Positions 13,490-26,350 of a stretch of DNA of 64,000 nt are shown piece by piece. The position numbers were made by a program, and so were the translations under genes. The stretch covers positions 13,704,001 through 13,768,000 of the forward strand of contig NC_045698.1 of assembly GCF_009834535.1 (NCBI RefSeq). Direction: 5' to 3'. Each line of letters starts with the position of its first letter. Within the stretch, counting starts at the first letter, position 1. This DNA comes from Camelus ferus (Eukaryota). Under the pieces are notes generated by a model, which saw only the letters and a program-made list of their open reading frames with translations, was not told the origin of the DNA and made no database searches.

Positions 13490-13610
13490 TGTGTTAGCTT
13501 CCTCGGACTGCCATAGCAGAATACACAGACTAACAGCTTAAACTACAAAAATGCATTTATTTTTTCAATCCTGGAGACTGGGAGCCCCAGATCAAGACCC
13601 TGCTATGACT
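13490..13610 (-). mobile_element. MLT1A/B LTR fragment
   Basis: tgtgttagcttcctcggactgccatagcagaatacacagact...ctggagactgggagccccagatcaag. Confidence 0.7.
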
Positions 13611-13906
13611 AAATTTAAGTCCAAAGGCAAATGTGTTTGTCAATAATCAAATAATCAGCATCTTTCAATTTAATTCAGTATAATTTTCCTTCCAAAAGCA
13701 AGTAGCTCCCCAAATATTGCCTCATCTTTTAATATCAAACATGTGCTTAATAAAATAGCATGCAAAAGAAAAAATGCTTAAAATTCTGTGAGTGGGTAAT
13801 TGTTACATGACTACAAAGTGATCTCTTTATGTTAAACTAGTCAACGTGAGTAATTATTTCGATGAAGAACATTTGATGACCTCAAGTAATATTTATGTTA
13901 TATGCA

Positions 13907-14229
13907 TGTCTCAGTCCATTCTGGCTTCTCTAAGAAAATACCGTAGACTAGGAGATGTATAAACAACAGACATCTATTTTTTACAATTCTAGAAGCTGAA
14001 AAGTCCAAGATAAGGCATCCTCAGATTCGACGTCTGGTGAGATGTCCTCACGTGGCAGAAGAGGCAAAGGAGCTCTGTGGGGTCTCTTTTATAAGGATGC
14101 TAATCTCATTCGTGAAGGCTCCACCCACATGACCTAGTCAACTCCCAAAGGACCCACGTCCTCATACCATCACATTGGGAATCAGGTTTCAACATATGAT
14201 CTGGGGACACAAACGTTCTGTCTAGAACA
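13907..14229 (-). mobile_element. MLT1A-like solo LTR with 5-bp TSD
   Basis: TG...CA ends; ataaacaacaga, aagtccaagat, ctcccaaagg, ataccatcacattggg, tttcaacatatga; TSD atgca (13902-13906) / atgta (14230-14234). Confidence 0.9.
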
Positions 14230-14299
14230 ATGTAAAAAAGTCAAGATGTGAAATAGCATTGACAGTGGTGTCCATAAATGGTCCAAAAGATATGTACAG

Positions 14300-14600
14300 A
14301 GCCTTAGTTTCCTAGGACTACCACAACAATGTACCACAAACTAGGGGGCTTAAAAAACAGAAATGTATTCTCTGATAGTTCTCAAGGCTAGAAGTGTGAA
14401 ATCAAACTGTCAGCAGACCCACACTCCCTCTGAGTCCTAGGGAGGAATCCTTCCTCGTCTCTTTCTGGCTGCTGGTGGTGGTTAGCAATCCTTGGAGTTC
14501 ATTGGCTTGTAGCTGCATCCCTTCAATTTCTGCTTGCATCATCATAGGATGCTCCTCCCATGGGTCTGTGTTGGGTACTGCAATCCGGAATGATCTCACG
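14300..14600 (-). mobile_element. MLT1C-like LTR fragment
   Basis: ttagtttcctagg...taccacaaactagggggcttaaaaaacagaaat...ctagggaggaatccttcctc...gcaatccttgg...tggcttgtagctgcat. Confidence 0.85.
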
Positions 14601-14944
14601 TAAGTGCTATTTCTGGGTGATGGAGACTAGGAGTATCCAGCATTCTTTATTTGTACATCATTATGATTTGTAAAATGTCTACAATGGGTATAAATTAATG
14701 TCACAATTAAAATGACTTTAAAAACAAATTTAAAGGGATCATACAACATGACTTGAATATGATTCTTTAATCATGTATAACTGATGTGTAAAAGTTATAC
14801 AGATGCTTTCAGTATAAATAGATGTGATAGAAACACATCAAACATTTAATTAACCTGCCTTATCAATTAGATGCAGATTATTCAAGTCTCCCAGAAAAAA
14901 AAAAAGATAAGAGAAGAAAACGAGCTACAACTCCCAAGTTTCAC

Positions 14945-15025
14945 ATGCTTACCCTTGTTTAAATGGGAAATAATAATACCGCCTTGCTCATAAATTGATG
15001 AGCTGAAATGGAGACAATTTAGGGA
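14945..15025 (+). mobile_element. MIR core fragment
   Basis: tgtttaaatgggaaataataataccgccttgctcata...tgagctgaaatggaga. Confidence 0.55.
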
Positions 15026-18000
15026 CTATTTTCCCAGTATCTCCCTGTGAGAAATATAGATGTTCTTGCAGGTTGCCATTTGCTAAGGCTCCCCATTTTC
15101 CTGTCTTGGACATTTTCTCAAACCATATTGTGTGACCAAAGTTTATAATTGTATAAGTGGGGAAAAACAGAACAAAACAAAACAAAACAAAAAAAAAACA
15201 CTGCTTTCCTCTTGTGAAAATAAGTTTAGTTTTTAAAGTCTCATATAGTGTTTTTCCAAAATTTGGTTTTTGGGCTACTTGATTTCTTGGATGGTAAATA
15301 CTGATAGTTGAAAGCAGCTATGCAATTTCTAAATCCAGGAGAGGCACACTGTCTTTTATTTTATATAATTTATAACTTTACTGTATCTAGAGAATTTCAG
15401 GACAAGGGAAGCAATAAGAGAAGATAATTCAAGGGGATTAATAATTTTCAAAATGCCAGAGGCCACATTATAATCAAGTTTTCATACATTTAGTTAATTA
15501 ACACTTGGAAATAGGCTTAATTTATGTGGAATTTAGAGTACTCTTAATAGGTTAGAAGCATGTAATTGCCTCTAGTACCTATAATCATCTTGATGCATAA
15601 TTTGCATGGAATAGGACCAATAAATGATCTGGAAAAACATTAGAATTCCAAAAATCTTGCTAAACGTTCAAAGCGATGTTCAAGCCTCTTGAAGAGATCT
15701 TCAATCTGTTACTTCATTTCTAAGAACATTGTAACTATTTGTCAATAAGATAAAGTAAACTTCGTGCTATAATTGGTGTCAGCATTGTATTAAGGAGCAG
15801 TAATCTGCTTGAAATTTATAGAAAGCATTGTAGAGATAAAAACATATTGCTTTTCAGAAATGCTTAACAAGGTCCTATTGTGTTCAATAGACTGTGGAGA
15901 AATATAAAGCTCAATTGTTACTCTTTAAAAAGTGTACAAGTAGTTGGTCAAATAAGATTTGTCTAGCAGGAAATAAAATGTGTGTTAGTCAATGAGACAC
16001 TGTCTGAGAAACAGATGGGCATAAAGAAATGTTAACTCTTTTATAACAACCTGGGACAGGTATGTACTTGTAGTGCTCGTTCTGGGCCCCAGGTTTAGTA
16101 TCAGAAATGCCAGCTAATATATTATCTCATTCAGAGGGTACCAAGAGGAAAATTCTAACTTTCTAGACAGTTCCATCCAAGGAATAAACCACTTTAATAT
16201 AGTCAATGCAGCTTCTTCCTCACTTTGGTGAGTAAAATTCTCTTCATATACTGCCATGGTTCTAATTCTTCCTTCTCCTCATTTTAAAAAGAATCAAGAA
16301 AGCCTTTAAGAAATATCTAGCCTTTTTCTCTCTTTCTAAATTAAACTTAAAAAAAAAAAGACTTGGTTTTAAACATTTTTATAGAATAACTTTAATCAAT
16401 TTAAAACTTCTACACTTCCCAGTCTTTAGTTTGAAATTAATGGAGTCATACCCTACTTTTTTCTCCTTAAAATCTTACCATCTCTTTTTCTGTCTCTTTT
16501 TTTAAACATCTGGTCTAAAATCAAACTGATCTCTATTTGGACTCTTGCTTTCTGAAATATTCAATCATTACTACTCACTGTCTCCCTTCTTTTCCAGAAT
16601 TAGAATCTGGTGCTACATTATGTTGCAGCAAATAGAAACCTCAGATTAAATTTAAAACACTATTTTCTGTTACCTACCTCATGCCAGTGAGCAGAAAATA
16701 GAAGACAGGAAAAAAAAAAACAAAAAACCAAAAACCAGCAGACAGTCCTCATGCCAATGTCTGCACACTCTCAGCTCCTTTCTGCATGCAGAATTCTAGA
16801 AAAGATGAAGTTAAAATGTTGAGGCTGTAGTCTTCATTCCTAAAGAATTAATATGATCATGGTATCATTTGGAGCTGATCACAAGGATGGCAGGAAAATT
16901 TCAGGCTGAGAACAGTGTGAAGTCTTCAGGCTTCATCTGACATTTTCTCTCCGTGTTACTACCTCTCTTTTGTGTAGAGCCACAATGGTTTGTCTCTGAA
17001 TCTGAACTGTCATCAATCCAGAAGGTTCTGTTATCTTCTGTTGGGATCATAAACTGAGCCAGTCTGTCTAGCTTCTCTGTTGCCCCTTTTTGTGTTAATT
17101 ACTCTAGCCACAATTCTGTAAACAGCATGAATGTTCTGCTTTTGTTTTGTTTTGTTTTTCTTTTCTTTGAGGCTAGATAGAGTTAATAGAGACACCTTTC
17201 TTTCCCAAGTAGAGTCCCACTCCTGCTCAGTTTGTGTTCCTTATCTTGGTCCTGCTCTGTGGAATACGTTTATACAAATGTAAATGGCATATAAGGTGGC
17301 TTGAAATTGTATGGATTCTCAAACACATGTATTTAGTTCTTGTCAAAACACCTAGTCAGGAACTAAGGGCAGGTAAGTGAAGTGTACATGCCTCCCCTGA
17401 CCCTCTTCTGAGCCTTTTAAAGTCACCCTGCACCCATGAAGCTGTCTGAGGGAGAAACTCCTCTCTCTCGTTGATCAAACAAAGTTTCGACTCTTGAAGC
17501 TCTCTCAGTAAAGACCCAGAATCATGAACTCAGGATGTACAGGGTAGTATTTGATTGTCTATTAGATATGGGACACCTGAGTAACTGGAAATATTAGCTT
17601 GACTATATGAAATTATATTGGTTATATGGTAACCAATTATATGCCATATGATAACAATTTTATACAATTTACATAAATAGATCAAAAATGAAATTTTTTT
17701 TAGAGACTGTCTAGATGGCAACAACTTGAAAGTTGAGGAATTGTTTGTAATTTAGAATCCTAAACTAGCAAAAAATGTATTAGATCATTAAAAAATAAAC
17801 ATTATTCAAAGGTCACTTAAAAGTTACGCTTAAATTTCTAGGATTCTAAACCAGGGGGAAAAAAAAAGATTTTCAATCTTATTCAAAAGCCTATAAAGGG
17901 AAGCAATATTTTCCACTTTCCTATAGCAGTTTTAGTCTAGAAGAGGAAAAGATTATTCCATGAATCCAAATCAGACTAAGTAAAAACCGTATGGGAGTTT

Positions 18001-19229
18001 CTAAAACCTGCTGGAAGACACATGCAAACAATCTCTCGGCTTCTGATACAGACTGAGAACTGACTAAGCCACAGAGGTCGCCCCTGCTTCTTGAAAGTTC
18101 ATTTTATGCCAATTTGCTTTTCTGAAAGCCCTACATTAGGACTCTGTTTCCACCTACTGAAGGAAATCCAAAGAGGATTTTTGCTTTTACGAAAAAGAGT
18201 GAACAGCAGAAATAGCACGCAGCAGTTGTTCTACAGGGAGTGGTCACAGCGGCCACAGCGCCCCGCCAGCAGCGAGAGCGGCCCCTCCAAGCCCCTTCCC
18301 TGGACCCACGCTCGGCATCTCAGCATCCAGCCCCCAGAGCTTTGAACTGTGTGAACATCTGTTTTGTTTCTGTTTATTTTATTTTTTGCATCTGTTAGCA
18401 AGATAGGTCCTAGGGGAATTGCTTCTTTGTTTTATGCCATTTTGGCTTGCAAGAATTTCCATAGGAACACTCTACTTTCAGATGGGTGGGTGGAAACTTT
18501 GCAATTGTCCCGGTTTAATACTTTCTTGAAGGGAGACCATTCGTCCTCATTCCCTGCATGAACCCGTTCACCCCAGCTGTCTCTTCCCTCAACATGGTGG
18601 TGGAAAGCTGCGATCCTCTGATTCCCAGCATGCCCAGAAATCAATTATGTTTTCCTTAAACCACTGCTAATTTCAGAATACTAGGAGCCATACCAAATGT
18701 TCCATAAATTATGAGACTCGAAAAAAGTCACAAAATGGGGAAGGGTACAGGCCTGATTCCTCTTAACCCATGATAAGTACCCACTTTCATTAATGCTCAT
18801 ACATTTAAGTGTGTCCCCCTGTAATGCAGAATACTCTTGCAAACAATGAAAAATAATTTATAAAAAGAAGCCCTTGACAGTTTGCTCAAGTCACTATGCC
18901 AGTTTCCCCTGTGTCACAAAATAATCCAGCCCACGCTTCCTTTGTGCCATAAAAGAATCCCAACATAAGAGAAAAATAATTGTCAGAAAACGAATCCTGA
19001 GATTCTTCTCAGTGTGTGTAAGCTGGTGTCCCACACTTTCTGAATAAAGCCGATGAAAGTGTATTTGTTGTAGCAATGCATTACAACTAGCTGTTCCTAG
19101 AGCGTGTATTTTCTCTTCATTTTATGCAGGAAAAGGACATGACCTTAATTTAAAATTTTAATACATGCTATTTATTTTCACAACAGAAGTGCAAAGTATA
19201 AATATGTGGTAAGTTTTTATTTTTAAAGT

Positions 19230-19545
19230 CTTATGATATAATATTTCCTTCCAAATGCATAGATTGCCTTCATAAAAGTCTCCATAAAAGAGCATACGTA
19301 AGCCCAACAATCGTGCCGTGTTCGGAGGGTCCGTGGGACTCAGCGATGAACTTCAAATCCTATGAAATATTATTTTTCATTTTGAGACAGAGTTTTGATT
19401 TTGAGAGTAAAGTTGATTGTCAGAAATAGCCCAACTTGATTTCAAATGAATTTGTTGTGTCAGGGTGATATAAATTAACAGTTTAAAAATTGGACAATAG
19501 AACAAGTAAACTGACTTTTCCATGGTTTTCATGCTGAAAGGTGGA
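19230..19545. mobile_element. TcMar-Mariner (MARNA-like) DNA transposon remnant
   Basis: ttttgagagtaaagttgattgtcagaaatagcc...gggtgat...aagtaaactgacttttcc...ctgaaagg resembles the MARNA consensus as recalled. Confidence 0.45.
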
Positions 19546-20022
19546 TCCTTTTCTATCTTCCAATTCTATAAAACTCTCATTTATGATGCCAAAATCTTAC
19601 TAGGTTTATAGGAACTTTGTCCTTTCTTCCTTCCAGAGTACACAAAATATTGCCAATTTTCATGAACCAATGTTATCAAATCCAGCCTGGGGATGGTCAT
19701 TTAATCTTATGATCTATATTCCTTTGCCAAGTTATATTCTTTTCTCTATCATCTTAATTGTGAAAATCATTATCAAAAATGTATTTCACTTATCTTAAAA
19801 TGTGTTGAATTTAATTACTACAAGTTTTATCTCTAGTGTGGATAATAAGTAATCTGAACATTTTGTTTTATTCTATTAAACATTTTTACTCTAAATAAAA
19901 CCAAACTATTATGCCATGTTGACAACATCTCAGTTTTTTTTCGTGGCCCAAAGCAAGTGATCTGATAAGTTCAACACACAATGTTTAATTCTAAATGCCA
20001 TATCATTCTTTATATTATAAAA

Positions 20023-21110
20023 ATTTTTTTTATTTTCAAGTTGTTTTCGATTTACAGAAAGATTGCAAAGATAGCACAGAAAGTTCCCAGTCACCATTCT
20101 GTTCACATTCTTACATTTGTCGCAATTAATGGACAAATACTAACATATGTATTAACTGAAGTCTGTATTCTAGTCACATTTCCTTGATTTTAGGCTGATG
20201 TTCTTTTTTCTCTTCCAGGGTCACACAACCCTGGAGTCATCATGTCTCCTTGGGCTTATCTTGGCTATAACGGCTCCTCAGAGTTTGCTGATTTTTTGAT
20301 GACTTTGAAACTTTCGAGGAATACTAGTCAGTTACTTTGTAGAATATCCCTCCATTGGGATATTTCTGATGTTCTTTTCATGACTCCATGATTCAACTAG
20401 GCCATGGAGTTTTGGGGAGAAAAACCACATCCGAAAATGCGATTCTTGTCACATTGTATCAAAGTTGTGCGCTCCCAACAAGAATTATGACCGCTGATGT
20501 TGACTGTTACCACCTTGCTAAGGTCTTGCTTGTCAGGGTTCTCCACTGTGAACATAAGTCTTTTTTTCTCCCTTCACATACTGTATTTTTGTAAGGAAAC
20601 CACTGTGCACAGTCCAAATTTCCAGAGAGGGACTTATGCTTTGCCTCCCTGTGGATGATCTGTCCATATAAAGTGGTCATGATATTCTGCAGTGATGAGA
20701 TTAACCTCTTCTCCCCTGTTCATTCATTTACTTATTCAGCCATTTATAGCAATACTGACTTACGGATATTTATTTTATTCTTTGGGTTAATCCAATATAT
20801 TTTTACCCATTTTTAGACTTAAATTATTCCATCTTTAGCCATTGGGAGCTTTCAGTGGGTATCTGTATCTCTCTTCCATTTCTCCATCAATGTGTGTATA
20901 TGTGTGGGTGTGCACGTTCATGAGTGTTTAAGCATTTCCTTACTTGTTACCATTACAAGGTAGCCTAGGTTCATCTTGTAAATGTCCTGCTCCAGTCCTG
21001 GAATCAGCATTTTCTCCAAGAAGCATGAGTTTTTCTTCATTTGAAAATTGTATTACAAACCGAGATTTAGGTATGCGATGTTCTTGTTACAGCCACTGGG
21101 GAATCATTTA
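20023..21110 (-). mobile_element. L1MC/L1MD-type 3'UTR
   Basis: T-rich tail, then gatttacagaaagattgcaaagatagcacagaaagttccc; gaggaatactagtcagttactttgtagaat; gccattgggagctttcag; ctggaatcagcattttctccaag. Confidence 0.88.
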
Positions 21111-22304
21111 TTTTTTAAAAGCTCTCAATTACATTATTAAAAACAAAAAATGAGTCATGTGATGGTTTTAGCTTAATAGACTCAGAAAATATTATATGAA
21201 GGAAAGAGCTATTAGGAATGCATGCTAGGTGATACTGTGTAATGTAACTGATTTGTAATAATTTGCTTTCCATTGTAAGTAGGCAATGAGAGGTCATTTC
21301 CTGATCTTCCAATTGTTTATTTAAAGAACAAGACACTTGCAGCCTGAAAGACTGGAAGTCTTTCTTATCATCCTCCCATACACACTGTACATTCCAATAT
21401 AGCCTTACCTAAAAATACATATAAAACAACTTCTATGGAAAATTCCCACAAGATAATAAAAGCAATGAAGGGGTATGTTTTCCACATTGAAATCTGTGCT
21501 TTTTAAGATATGAAGCTCACGTGTGTCACAGTGAATACTGTAGTAGGAGGTGGTTTAAGTTCTGAATTCCACTGGCTAAGAGGACATAATGTGGAAGAAA
21601 GCAAAACAAAATGGAGATACACAAACAGGGGTCCTTTTGCTCATCATGTTAATGAAATCAAAATACTTAAACAACTTGTGGAATTATTGAAAACATAAAC
21701 ACATGTATTTTTTTTCATGTGAATGCTATCAATCGCTTATCTCTTTAAATTTTAAATTTCCCCAAAAGGTACCATAGACTATTAAAGCTATCCTTTGTTA
21801 CACCATAAAGCATAGAAAAACACTATTTTCTTGTTACCAGCATTTGTTTGTTTGTTTTAAGCCAATGATGCAGGATATTCTATGACAGGAAGTTCTACTT
21901 GGCATCTTGCAAGAACTACTCTGTCCTGGATCAGATAATGTATTTATAGTAAAGAGGGAGGAAAACTGTCCCAGAGGTTATTGAATCAATACATGTCACT
22001 AAAACATATGAAATAATATGCATGCAATTTAGAGTGTTTTGCCTCAGATTTGAGAAAGTGTATCCACTTCAGAATATCTCTGGATCAGTTCAGATTATCA
22101 TTTGTGTCTTAGGATGCTTAGAACACCAACTACTGCACATGAAAGTTACAGAAAATAGGGGAATAACTGTGCAAATACGTTATGTATTATTATCAATCCA
22201 TCACAGAAGACATGTAACGAGAAAGATGTGATCAGTGTGTAAGGGTGTTTTGTCTGTGGGCAGTGAGTTGATTTCTGGAGGCTGATGGGAAAAAGTGAAC
22301 CACA

Positions 22305-22745
22305 TGTTTGACTCATTTTCTAAGACTACCATCAAAAGTAAACTGGATAGCGTAAATAAAAAAAAATCAACTGACATAGTTTTGGAGGCTGCAAATCCAA
22401 AATCAAGGTGTCAGCAGGGCTAGTTCCTTGTGAGGAATGGATATCTCTCTTTAGCTTCTGGTGAGTTGCCGGCAATCTTTGGCACCCTTGTCCTGTAGAT
22501 GCATTGTCCCCATCTGTGGCTGCATGCTCACATGACGTTCTCCCTGTATGGGGCTCCGCTCTTGAGATGAGAAGCAAGCAGTAAATGGAACAAGGTAGAG
22601 TCCATATTTTATTCTACGTGCCAAAGGAAATCTTTTAAGTTGAAAATCTCTGTGACCCTATTGCCAAATAAGATCATATTCTGAGGTATTAGGGGTTAGG
22701 ACTTCAACATATTAATTTGGGGTGAATACATATTAATCTATAACA
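22305..22745 (-). mobile_element. MLT1B/C solo LTR
   Basis: aatcaaggtgtcagcagggc, gcttctggtgagttgccggcaatctttggc, ccaaataagatcatattctgaggtattaggggttaggacttcaacata...taaca. Confidence 0.88.
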
Positions 22746-23839
22746 GATGGTTAGTCCTGATATTAGATTTGCCTTCAGTCTTTATGAAAAGTTTTTAATA
22801 CAGCCATTTTAACAACCTCTTTCCATAACATCATAGATTATACAAATTAATAGAATACTAAAATTAACATTGCAATGCAAACTGTCTCTAGTCAAATAAA
22901 TTGGAATTTGGCTGTCTTATACATTAGCCGAATTTTTTTTTTTTTTTTTGTGCAAGGTGTTTTACTGTTTAGGATTTTTGCAAACAACTTGTTTTGCAAG
23001 TTAAGTTAGGAATGAATACTCATGTAAGCACAAGCATGAATGTACTAATATATGTTTTGTAGCCAGTTAAGATTTTAGAGTTTTGGTTTATATCTAAAGA
23101 ATTTCTTCGTGCGAAGAAAGAGAATTTTTCCCTCTCATTAACAAAAGTAGTCTGTAATTAGCTCATATCTCTTATAAAGGTCAGTTTTAAATTTAAGCAG
23201 TATTAATTTTAATATTCTCCTTCACACAACTGAAAAACTGTATAGACTAATATCAGGTAATCTTGCCTATACACGTGAGTGAAACCTAAAAATTCTAATA
23301 TATTTTGAAAGTCTATGACAGAATAGTCTAAGCCTTAGAATTACGTAGATTCCCTCATAAATTATTCTGATTCTTAAAAGGAAAGAAATTTGATTTTGTT
23401 TTATGGAAAAAAAAATCAATGCATATTTTCTGGCATTATGTTTTTCTAAGAATTTTTAAACTACACTCTGTGTTCATTTCAGAATGAATTTCATGTGCTT
23501 TGTGATGATATGTGATGTTTATTAATGTCAAGATAACTCAACTTAGAGTCATGTGAGAATTTCTACGAAAATTTTATAAAAGAAAAATAAACAAGGGAGG
23601 AGTTATAAATGAGCCCATTTATAAGATGAATGTAATTGTATTTTATTCATAAATTAAATGTTCAACTCTAATTTTCCAAGAATCTAACCTAAAATAGAAA
23701 GCTTTATTAATTACATAATTAATCATGCCAATTGAGTAGAGACACAGTTCTTAGTGCAAAATTTAGAAACTTTAGAATCAATAGGAACTTGATATTGTCT
23801 TCAAAAATATCTTTAGAGTTGACTTACTTAAGATTATAT

Positions 23840-24120
23840 GAGTATTCATTCACTAAAATCTACTATGTGAGTTACACTGTGCTGGGAACTCATTACCATA
23901 AAGAACATGATCAATAAAAGTTATTTATAGAACCTGAAATTAGTCTAGCAGGCAAGGCTGAAATATAAGAGTCAATTGTAAAGCAGAGTTTTACTGAAGA
24001 AATATAGCAGATAGCATTTATGAAGGGCTCATAGATTAGCCTTAGGGAGTCAGGGGAAACTTCCCAGAGTAAATCAACTCCATGCTGTACACCTAAGGCA
24101 ATCTCTTTATAAAGGAGCCT
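23840..24120 (-). mobile_element. L2 3' fragment
   Basis: tattcattcact...ctactatgtg...cactgtgctggg...tagggagtcaggggaaacttcccagag. Confidence 0.6.
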
Positions 24121-24453
24121 GGGAGGCTTGGAGATGATCCCTGCATTGGAATCATCCAGAAGTTAGAGAGGAACCCTATTATAGAGGAGATGGAGTTAGG
24201 TGATCACTATCAGCCCTTCCAATTCCAAGACATTCTCATGCAAATAACACCATCCTTGGTAGAAGAGATAAGGTCTTAGTAATTAAAGTAGATCCTGTTC
24301 AAAAGTGTTCTCTTCTTGAGGCGACTGTTTTACTGTAGATTTCTCATTGTTACAGATCCCTTTGGAACACAGAACAACTTAGAGTTTGAGAACTAACATA
24401 ATCAGGGAACTGCAGGTAGGAATAAAATATAAGATTGTTTTTTAGAGAATAAA

Positions 24454-25193
24454 TGTGGGACCTGAGTTGTGATAAAAATGCTCACCGTGACCCATATTCC
24501 AGCCAAGTGAGTGTAAATCTCCTCTCTTAGCCCAAAGCCCTGCGGTAAATGAGTTTATAATACAATTGAGCAAGAGGTCAAGATTCCTTTTGCTCATTTT
24601 CCTTAAGCATTGCTTGCTTGTGTACACGCATATGTGCACACATGTGTATATGTACTGCTTGCAAAGTGATACAGGAAAAAACGGAGTGCAAAAGGATGGC
24701 CATGTCCCAGGTCTCGGACGAGTCTGTGGGATCCCATGATTGGGTTAACAAATTGTAACAGACCCCAGCCGCTTTTCTCCTTAAAGAAGAACAAATGTGC
24801 TTAGTTAACTGCTTTGCAAGCAGGCGCCTGTGCGTCCGCACTCCTGTCTCCTTGCCGTAAAAAGCAGAGACAATGCCTTGCTTGCATAGTTGAGGTTTTA
24901 GATAGCACTCTGCTCATTGCAAAGCAACGACCCTGGCCCTCAGCTATAAACGCTGGGCGTGCCTGCTGGTAGATAGTCTTCTATCCCCAAAGCAAGGACC
25001 TGGCTGGGCTGGTGGCCTGCTTTAGCATATCTATAAGAATGTGTCTTGTTCCCCTCTCCCCATAACTTCCCTAAAGATAAACAAAGCCTTTGTACTCATT
25101 GTGATTTCTACAATCTCGACCCCATCCTTTCTTTCCCTAAATTCCTGCATTCCATCACACAACTGTTAGTGATTTCCCCTTTGATTGTACACA
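24454..25193 (+). mobile_element. Lineage-specific solo ERV LTR (LTR A)
   Basis: TG...CA ends, retained CpGs, TATA-like gctataaa near 24945, GC-richer than the flanks; flanks ataaa/gtaaa are a candidate TSD. Confidence 0.65.
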
Positions 25194-25198
25194 GTAAA

Positions 25199-26051
25199 TG
25201 TGGGAGCATTTGAGAGGCTCGTGGAGTTGGCTCCCCACTCCCTCTTGCTCTCTTGACTTTTTCCAGAGTCTTGAGTAATTCATTCCGTCTCGGTGGGACT
25301 TCTGCCTGCCAGAATCCACATGAGTCCCTGGGACACACCCCAGCAAGTGAGGGTCCTTGGCTTGGCACAGAAAAGAATTCAAGAGTGAGCCATGGAGGAG
25401 TAAAAGTAGATTTATTCTGAGAGATGTATCCTCAATAGACAGAGTGCAGGCATCTCAGAGGGCCAGAGAGGCCACGCGGTGTGGGGGTGGTCAAAATAAA
25501 AGCAGATACATACCCCATAGACCTAATGCAGACCTTCTCAAAAGGCAAGAGAAAGGGGCATGAGGTATGGGGTCGGGTACTTGATTTCAAGTAAAAGTAG
25601 ATACTCATTCCATTCTGGCCGACTCTGAAGGAGAGGGAGAGAGAGGCTGGCCTAGGAGATGTACATTCCACACACAGAATGCGGGCCTTCTCAAAGGCAA
25701 GAGACAAGGCCATGAGGTGCAGGATTGTTAGTTTTTATGAGCTTGGTTATTTCTTATGCTACCAAATGGGAGGATTATTCCAACTACTTTGGGGAGGGTA
25801 GGAGTTCCCAGGAATTGGACCACTGCCCTCTTCTGACCTTTTGTGCTCAGCCTCGGAACTGTCATGGTGCCTCTGGGAGTTATTATAATACATTATAATG
25901 AGCGTATAATGAAGCTCAAGTTCTACTGGAAGTCAAATCGTTCACCACCTTGGGCCTCAAGGTCTATTGTGAGTTGTTTTCTACTATCTTGGTGCTAATC
26001 ACTGCGTCATTCCTTTAATGGCTGTGCCCTGCCACCTTCCTTCCTGTCTCA
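25199..26051 (-). mobile_element. Cetartiodactyl ERV1-type solo LTR (LTR B)
   Basis: Minus strand begins TGAGACAGGAAGGAAGGTGGCAGGGCACAGCCATTAAAGGAATGAC and ends CCCACA; minus-strand AATAAA near 25410; flanks taaa/taag. Confidence 0.8.
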
Positions 26052-26350
26052 TAAGGACATATAGTTTTAAAATCTTCTTAATTATTTTCTACCCACTGTC
26101 CCTTCAACACTCTTCTGTAGCAACACTCTTTTTTTCCCACATAAAAACCCCAACAAGTGCCATCATTTCTTGAATTATTCTTAGGAAATAAAATATTATG
26201 CAGTAATTTTAGATCACAGACGCAGTAACCTAAAATGACCAGCCTCAGGTGATCAGTTTAAAAGTATGACCTTTGGCACTTGCACTAACCCTTTTCCTTT
26301 ATCTTTAACACTAAATACAAATTAAGAATAAGAAGTTTAATTTTCACTAT

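Noticed and set aside
20200..20222. Strong-looking splice acceptor ttcttttttctcttccag
   Set aside because: It is part of the antisense L1 3'UTR, and no paired donor or exon evidence was found.
25395..25725. Spaced repeats superficially like a CRISPR array
   Set aside because: Eukaryotic context, divergent units of unequal length, located inside an LTR, and no cas genes.
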